DNA of 60,124 nt, filler included, from Sphacelaria rigidula (lineage: Eukaryota): NCBI GenBank assembly GCA_964200075.2. It is 5 parts of 5 records of this genome, joined end to end, with 100 filler letters (N's around TTAATTAATTAA, not from the genome) between each part and the next. Parts side by side here need not be neighbours in the genome. Positions count along the whole stretch, not along the records: positions 48,182 to 60,124 come from CAXNAA020004304.1; 4 more parts are not named here. One strand, given 5' to 3'. Shown in pieces: positions 52,701-60,124 of the stretch. The translations under genes were made by a program, and so were the position numbers. Numbering within the stretch: the first letter of the stretch is position 1; every line of letters starts with the position of its first letter. Under the pieces are notes generated by a model. The model was not told the origin of the DNA and searched no databases. It saw nothing but the letters and a program-made list of their open reading frames with translations.

Positions 52701-55700
52701 ACTCAACAACGATAGCTAGCCCGTGCGGGCCCCGCCTTTGGTGAAGGGGTGGGGCACGGGGTGGGTAGCAAGCGCGGGGACCGGTAACGTTGAAATGTTT
52801 CCACAACCCTGAAACGTTCTAGATACGTGGGCTTTATTGTCGCCCTCTCGTACTGGGGAGGCGGCAGGATATTCCGGTGCCGAAAAGCTTCACCGTAGCT
52901 GAGAGGGGGTGGGCTACCGTTTATATTCCACCCGCTCGTGATGTAGACGGCACGCACACAACCATTTATTGCACCTTCAGCGTCACACCACGCGAACACT
53001 GCCAACGAATCGAAGATTAAAAAGCAATACGAAGCAGTGCACCATACATGCATGCACCTGCACATGCACATGTACCTGATGGATACCACGGAGCGCTCGA
53101 CACGTGCTTCTCAAACGAGGACTGTTGCATTTTTCTACCATGCGTACCGAGCAACCGTGACCTTCAACAGAGCCCCGTGATTATCTCTCCATCTATCTCC
53201 TTCCCCTTTTACTGACGTAGATTTATTGTTGGCAGTCACCCAGGTATCTGAAGTTCTTGGACACCTGAGCATGCATACCGTTACGATAGTGTGAATTCTT
53301 CATGTTATTGCCACTGGTCAAGTCTGCTGCTATGTCGCGTACTCTACTATCATAGGTAGCGTCGGAGTCGTACTCCCTGTGTTGAATGAAGGCCGTTGAT
53401 GCCTGCTGTACGCCACGTCTGTGGACTGTAAATCGGCGCGAGCGAATCTTCCCCCTTCCTACCGTCCACGCCCTCCTCTCCCTGATGATGAAAATTTGCC
53501 ATCATATTGTAAGGTCATCTCTCGCCTCTCGTGCATATGAAATAAATGTCTCTCTTGGCAAAAACTTTTTGTCGATTCGGTGTCGATTTTCGCCCCGGAC
53601 TTGGTAGACTGTGCCACCTCGGGAATGCTCGCTGCATCCTCTACAAGAGTTGCAGAGTATTCGCGCTCTTCCTAATATGTCGTGCTGTACACCAAGTTTG
53701 AATTTCCGGCCGAATAGCGAACGCTGGCATACAGCAAACCCCAGAAATGTTTGGAGTTTTTCAAAACAGAAAAGCTCAAGAGAAACTCAGGTTCCGAGAT
53801 GTCAACGCCTGCCCAGCATCTAGGGCATTCAGCGTGGTGTGCAGACATTAGCAAGAGAGGCCGCATGAAATCATCCACTACAATACAAGAGTGCAGTGAA
53901 CAAGTGTTTTGGGTGCCGGATTTGGCAGGCATCAGGAACAATAATTTTTGGGTACATGCAGTGGTGAAGTCTTTCCAGCCCGTAGCGTTCAGTTTGGCCA
54001 CCGCTTGTGCTGTACGGTATACAGTATGCGGTTTTGCGAGAACAGTCATTGCAACCTTCCTAATTCTTGACGGCGCGAAGCCAAGGCGAAACGAGCACAC
54101 AGTACACGCGGTTGAGTGAAAGCTCTCGCGAGGGCTATCGAGCACTGCTTGGATTGCACTGCAAAACTCGTTAGCCAGTCAGTCAGCGTTTACATCTTGG
54201 ATGAGCTGTTTTTGCTGTTGGTCGCCGTAGACTCAAATCTCGTGCGTACATCTCCGAAGAATTTCAGCTGTCGGTGCTAGACCCAGAACGATGAAAATCG
54301 AGAACCGTTTCGACCACGAGTATGAGTTTGGTTGTGATGTTTGTTTACTAGTCGCTGACTCACTCCCAGGGTATGAACAGGGTATGCCATTTGTTGAAAT
54401 TGGCATCATTTCCACTTCAAAATTTCAGTGCACGACACAGATTACTCACCCTGGCGCCAAAGGATTTGCAGAAGAAGAATCACCCTAAAAAAATCGATTG
54501 ACGGAAACACGGAATAGAAGTATGAGGTATGCTTTCGAAAAAATGCAACAACTGGAAATGCTTGCATGTGCTCGTTTCTTGTACGTGCAAGGTTTGGCGC
54601 TTTTGAACCAGCGGCAGATGTGCGCGGTGCACAGGTCAAGCAATTGCGGTACCTGCATCGTTCCATGTTATATCCGCGCGGTTTGGCTCTTGACCTTCCT
54701 TTCTCCCGTCTTGTCGGAGTAGTCATTCCACCGTCCACTTCAAACGTATCCTGTTTTATATAATTATTCATGTTTTGTTTCGAAACGCTGCCGGTGGTAC
54801 GGGCCACACCCTTCCCCGAGATCCAAACAGAAATGGGATAAGATACGATTTGTAAGAGGTTTTTGTGCAATATACGTCAAAACCGTGACGAGCGCCCAAA
54901 TGTTGGAGGTGTCTCCTATCAGGAGTACCGTGGGAATCGTGCTCCGTCTCGAAAGGGATGCGTAGCCAATGGCCAAATGACTACTACAGCGAGCAAGAAC
55001 GAGTACGCCCTCTCCCTCCGGGGAATTCCAAGAACACGCAAGCAGTGCAGTATGCATGGGGTCACACTTTCAGACCTCAAAACGGTTGGAAACATACACT
55101 TACATACATTTATATATATACATATATCTGAAATATGTGAGAGCACCCCACGACTAGTATTGCAATGTGTGTGTCGTCATCCTATTATCCTAGACGCTAG
55201 TCTACACTTTTCTGCGCTGCTTGCCTTATTCTTTATCGCGAGAGGAACTCAAGGGCCCCTTTCTCTCGTCGACCGTGAAGTCGAAATTTTGTGCACCCAC
55301 GACATGGTCGCTCTCCACTGTTGGGCACCCATTCTGTGAGAAGAAATCCCAGATCGTGTGACTGCACCGAGATTCGAACCCACCACTCAACCGTCAGAAG
55401 AATTTGCGGTTGCCAACTGAGCTCGGGATATTCCATATGTCATCTAAAAACGAGACTGTCCTTACACATTTTCTTGTGTAGCTCCGAAGTTCAGGAGCAC
55501 CTGAATGAAGAAGACCTCGGCACAAATTTGCAACCCCTACCGAGTCATGACTGCTCTACATTATCAGAGGACGTGATCGCTGGTGAATTCGTTGCCTTGG
55601 CTGAGATGCGCTTTCGACGAGCGGCGCAACGGCAGCCCCGCTTCTAGATAATGCTGGTGGTGCTTTGCTATCCACCCGCCCCCGGCCGGGATCCCAGGAA

Positions 55701-56921
55701 TGAAATGCACTGGTAGCATGTATGGGTCGCCTGAATGTGATGGATGATACAAGGGCGCCATGTTGTCACGAGATAAAATCGCTCTCCGACAGTCGGTCGG
55801 ACATAGGCAACGATTGTGGCGAAGAGGTATCCTCACACGTTGCATATCCTCGCGTCTCGCGTGCCTGACTCATGCCCGGGTCTGCTGCACGTGCATAAAC
55901 ATGAACCCACGAGCTTCGCACTCTCTCGTGTGATTCGCAAGTAGGGGTGTACGTATGTCTTTATCTTGACCCAGGTGACAATAAAAAACCGGAAGATTCG
56001 AGGTATGACAGAACTAAGAAAGAAGGCAGAGGGAGGTCTAGAACGCAAGATTCTCTCGTACGCAACGACAACAGCGATAACGATAACGATAACGACAGCA
56101 ACGACAACAAAAGATAGTTGTGCTCGTTTCCGCGACACGTATGATGAAGTTGTCGTGTCTTTGCTCCCCGCCTTCCCCAATCTTCCCTTGCCATCTCGCT
56201 CCATTCTCCCGCTCTGCAGGTACTGTCAACAGCACACCGTACTGCTCCAGGGGTCCATGTCCCCCCCACCCCCCCCCCCGCCCGCATCCCGCGCTGACTC
56301 ATCTCCTCCGTCGCGCAACCAAGACTTGACGGCGTTATCGCTACACTCGCAACACCAGCACCAAGAACTGCCGTGGCAACAGCAACATCATCTTCGTCAC
56401 CGGTCGAACACGTCGACAGGGCACGCCAGCACCGGAAGCGGCGAATCTCACGACAGCGAGCAAGACGTCACCTCTCTTACTACCGGCGATATTCTCAGTT
56501 CCCTGCTCCCAGGTGTCGATCCTTCCGCGGTCGGCAACGCAGGCCAAGATATCACGGGGCGACGCGACGGCCGACCGCCATCTGCCGACGACGCGGCAAC
56601 AAGCGGTGGTCGAGGTGGGGCTACAAGCGACGGGAGCGGTACCGGCGTCGGTCGTGGCGGGCGCGGAGGAGCGACCGGCACGAGGGGTGGCGGGCGCTGC
56701 GAGGTGTCAGGCTGCACCACCCAGCCTCGCTACGCCGCCAGCGGGGCAACCCGTCCACGTTTCTGCGGATTGCATAAGCTTCCCGGCCATGTGAATGTGG
56801 TGAGCCGCTGTTGTAAGCATCCGGGGTGCAGCAAGGTCCCGCACTTCGGGAACGATCGCGAGCGGCCGTTGTATTGCGGTCAGCATAAACTTTCGGGCAT
56901 GGTGAACGTCGCCAACCGAAG
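48600..56921 (+). CDS. EsV-1-7 cysteine-rich repeat protein with long low-complexity N-terminus; 3' exons not found in contig
   Basis: Exon 48600-50698 (donor AG|GTGAGT, phase 2) joins exon 56220-56921 (acceptor TGCAG, phase 2), restoring CRAEGCGK...GR|YCQQH; then RCEVSGCTTQPRY...FCGLHKLPGHVNV and CKHPGCSKVPHFG...YCGQHKLSGMVNV. Confidence 0.88.
50996..52609. mobile_element. CGAGCTGG-TIR element in the EsV-1-7 gene intron
   Basis: TA|CGAGCTGGGCCAGCCTA ... TAGCCTGGTCCAGCTCG|CA; shares internal modules with 15994-16727. Confidence 0.75.
52101..52566. repeat. Inverted repeat, ~220-bp arms, short loop
   Basis: 52101-52320 pairs with 52345-52566; a single arm also occurs at 34870-35015. Confidence 0.88.
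55165..55425 (-). mobile_element. SINE family 1 copy (intronic)
   Basis: Minus strand AGCTCAGTTGGCAACC...GGGTTCGAATC head; body matches 13410-13740. Confidence 0.78.
55480..55860 (-). pseudogene. Possible Helitron Rep/helicase linker fragment
   Basis: Minus-strand translation VAYVRPTVGERFYL resembles the Helitron GERFYLR motif; the remainder is frameshifted. Confidence 0.35.
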
Positions 56922-57319
56922 GTGCGGTGTGGTACGGTTGCGGTCTATATACTGTTGTGTGTATGTATATGTGCGTGTATGCATGATTTGTTTTGCTTGT
57001 TGATTCACTTGCGATGTACCGTGTCATGTCTTGTGTTTTGTGTACAGTACCCGTACCTGTCCGCTGTACAAGGTGGTACAGACGGCCATGATAGTTTTCG
57101 GTACATGTACTGTTGTGCTGTCCTGTCGTGCGCTGTACTATTTTATTTGTTATGTTCTCACATGCAACGCTTTGGGATGTCTCTCAATACAATATATTGC
57201 TTGCACGCATTTTGTCGGCATCATCATGTGGTAATACAACACCATACAAGCATGGCACACCCCTCCCAGCGGTTGGCTTCGGTTGGTGATGACGCTGTAG
57301 AACACCCCATTCTCTGTGT

Positions 57320-57990
57320 GAACTAGGCAACCAGGTTGCCGTTTTTGGGCTTGTGTTTTATTTACGGTAGCCGTGATGGTGTTCGAGCTAGATCATATTG
57401 TGCGGGATGGGAAAACCTCAACTCCGCGCGAAGGAGATGGTCGCACTATGTAGTGTTCAAATCGTGAGACACCCATGAGACAGTGTGTAACCCATGGCTG
57501 GAAAAAGAAGTGGCGATACCAGAAAGCGAAGCAACTAATTGGACGCTGTCATCCAAAATTCGACTCAACGGTCGACGAAGGAAAGGGGCTGCTGAACCCC
57601 TCTCGCGATAAAAGTGAAAGGCAAGCACCGCAGAAGGAAGGTGGGGTAAAAAAAAAAAAAAAAAACTCCCGTGTTGACCTTCTTCCTGTGTGACCCCGGC
57701 TGGCGTGCCCACAAATACCGAAAGGTGTAGACTGGCGTCCAGAATAGATGAGACGACAACACACACATCCATACGCAAGATGATAAGTACGCTTTGGGCT
57801 GAACAATCTTGGCAGGACGCAGCTCTCTCCTCATGCGACTCGCCGAACACATCTCGGCGTTTAATACTTGGTGATCAATTGCGAGCCTGGTCCGGCGAAA
57901 TCCTGGCGTGACCCGTCCCGGCTTTGTAGGGATGCGAGGTCAATTATCATGTGACAACGACATGCGAGACCATGAGTACCTCCCCCCTCC
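57320..57990 (+). repeat. Dispersed repeat family R copy, interrupted by a SINE
   Basis: Colinear with 950-1420 apart from the 57556-57765 insert. Confidence 0.82.
57556..57765 (+). mobile_element. 5'-truncated SINE family 1 with TSD CATCCA
   Basis: CATCCA at 57550-57555 and 57766-57771; (CA)n tail; empty site seen at ~1189. Confidence 0.85.
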
Positions 57991-58244
57991 TCCGTTTTAT
58001 GATCATGAGTACATCCTCCTCCGTTTTACTTGGACGCTGGCTAGCAATGCTCCACGGTCAGCCAGGTATTCGCACACACGCAAACACGCTGTGGTGTAAT
58101 ACTTTTTGGTGTGTTTGAATAAAATATTCGAAAACAATGTCCACCGTCGAAAGACCTAGCACTAACTTTATACTTGCTCCGCCCCATAAGGAAGCCGGTT
58201 ATGTGTACATCGGCCCTTAACTGTGTCCAATGTGTTAGACGATA

Positions 58245-58600
58245 ATGTTATTGATTTATTATTATTACGTTATATTATATCATTATATTATTATTTATTA
58301 TTTGTCGCACTTTGAACCCGTCCCCTTTCTCGGAGTGAGCCCGTGGTCTCGAGGGATCAACTCATCCCTCTCCGGTACACGCTTTGTATATTTGGCCTCG
58401 CGGATTGGGTCAGCACTTGCGCACTGCGTCGACTCTCAATAAACGCAATCAACCACTTTTCGTTTGCTCCCGTAATCACGCTTTCGAGGGTGGAAATCAT
58501 ATGCTTACAAGAGAAAACCCAACTCATTGAAGATCGAGCCCACGTTCTCTCCACCGCAATGGTGATACTCGGACCATTTTAATTTACACCACCGGGGCGT
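58245..58600 (-). mobile_element. SINE family 2 copy with (TAA)-rich tail
   Basis: Reverse complement of 138-455. Confidence 0.72.
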
Positions 58601-58792
58601 GGTGGCATCTTTGGGCGTTTTCTTAGTTGAAACATTCCACACCATGGATGATGACAATACACGATCAATAATTGCAATAGACGAAAGATGTACCACGTAA
58701 AGGATAGGCCTATTTTGTCTATTGAAACTTTTGACCATGTATTGTCATTGTCCAGGATGTGAGACATTCTTTTTTCCTTTTTTCGCGCACTA

Positions 58793-59837
58793 CCCTCCGT
58801 GGACGAGCGGCCGAAAAATCAGTCGGCCCGAAAATGCCTGTGTTTTCACCCTTCTACCCGGGAGAAGAAAATGTGGCGAAAAAAGTATAGTCGTCCTCAC
58901 CGTCACTGGAACTCGGAGCTAGGTATTTCCAGGCCATAGTGAAGACCTCATATCATATTTCACCACCCTTTCCTACGCTCCCGCCGCCTGCCGGGCCGCA
59001 ACCCCGGCATGCTTCACACTACAATCGTTATCGCCCAAAAGGCGGATTGTTTGGTTGTAAGCCTTGACGAGGCCTTGCCAAACCCTTCCGAACGTGTTCT
59101 CGTGGTACCCTTCGTACTCCTTGAAGATCATCTCCACTACCTCGTCTAATGAAATAGCGTTGTTCCCCCCTCATACCCTTGCCTTGAGAAAATGCAAAGA
59201 AGCCCAAGTCGATAATGTTCAGGTCAGGCGACTGGGAAGCTGCGCCACCAGCTCTAATATACGACTCCGTCCCATGTCAAGAATGTTGCGATTATTTTCC
59301 CCGTGTGCGGGCTCGCGTCGTCCTGCAATCCTGAGCTTGGCCGGGGGGAGTTCGCGAGGTACCACGTTTTGCACCAGTTGGCGTCGATGGTGCAATCGAT
59401 CGTCCTCGTTTCCCCCTCCCTTCTCTTCGACGACCGCTCGGCCGTTTTCAGGACGCGAATGCGCCAGGTACCGATATTTCTGTCGCGGTCGTGGCTAGGG
59501 TCTGGCCGAGCGTTTGCCACAATTGCCATGATATCCGGGAGGGGGCGCTTGCGCTGCACGCGGGGAGACCCGGGGATAGCCTCACCCCGAAATACTCGAA
59601 CCTCTTTTTTATTCCTTGTAAGAAACCACCAACGTCCGTCCAGATGGATGAGGTTTTTTTGGTAAATGAAGTTACCGGTTGTGTCGTCTACCTGATGGCA
59701 GACAAGGTCGACCTGGCGCTTCCTTTGAGCTTTGGAAAAGGAATAGCTCGCTGCGGCATCTTTCTTACACCACTGCCTCACGGTCTCTGCACCGTATTCC
59801 AGCCCGATCTCTTGCAGCTCACACTCGCCTGTTCGTA
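58793..59837 (-). mobile_element. Tc1/mariner (DD39D, plant-mariner-like) transposon remnant with transposase pseudogene
   Basis: Minus strand IHLDGRWWFL, DIMAIVANARP, IGTWRI, LQDDASPH and, after frameshifts, SPDLNIIDLGFF; Stowaway-like end TA|CCCTCCGT at 58791-58800. Confidence 0.88.
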
Positions 59838-59839
59838 TA

Positions 59840-60124
59840 CTAGCTGGGCCAGCTTGAAAGCTGCGAAAACTTGCTCACACCACAGCTTTCCCAGTTTCCC
59901 GAATGAACCCAATGTAAGCATATCACTGTGAAGTGTAGACCAACCTGGTGACACACGGCACGGCCGCTGAATGAAGAAAAATATGAAGAAAATGTGCTGC
60001 ATAGGGTATGACCTTCACGACGGACGAAAAAAAAAAGAGAATCTGTCGGGATGCGAACTCATGACCTCCATAATTGGAGTCTCCCATCACTTGATTAATA
60101 CGGGTGCAGCAGCGTCACGAAAAA
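59840..60124. mobile_element. Left end of another CGAGCTGG-TIR element, truncating the mariner transposase
   Basis: TA|CTAGCTGGGCCAGC at 59838-59853; right end not in window. Confidence 0.6.

Noticed and set aside
56700-56921. Integrated phaeovirus genome
   Set aside because: The EsV-1-7 repeats sit in an intron-containing host-type gene and no viral core genes are recognisable.

Overview
Eukaryotic, repeat-rich genomic DNA, most likely a brown alga (Phaeophyceae; inferred from an intron-containing EsV-1-7-repeat gene, long introns and the TE types). The window is not one locus. It is five contigs of 11946, 11945, 11945, 11945 and 11943 bp joined by identical artificial 100-bp linkers (44 N + TTAATTAATTAA + 44 N), so nothing across a linker can be treated as adjacent. 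Two host genes can be modelled: a 10-exon gene for a ~980-aa charged protein with repeated CTFxP motifs (39512-47109, with a probable GC-AG intron), and a 3'-incomplete gene for a long low-complexity protein with EsV-1-7 cysteine repeats (48600-56921+). The rest is mobile DNA: two decayed Ty1/copia elements, an RTE-type LINE fragment, a DD39D mariner transposase pseudogene, two tRNA-headed SINE families, several MITE families, minisatellites and many long fold-back hairpins. The most unusual structures are a 430-bp TG...CA element with a 5-bp TSD whose 80-bp ends are themselves palindromes (36744-37173), a 2.5-kb T-shaped nested inverted repeat (30670-33125), and a TA-targeting TIR family whose members each carry a different internal hairpin. 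No CRISPR array, rRNA or intact tRNA gene was seen. All calls were made by eye, without database searches.
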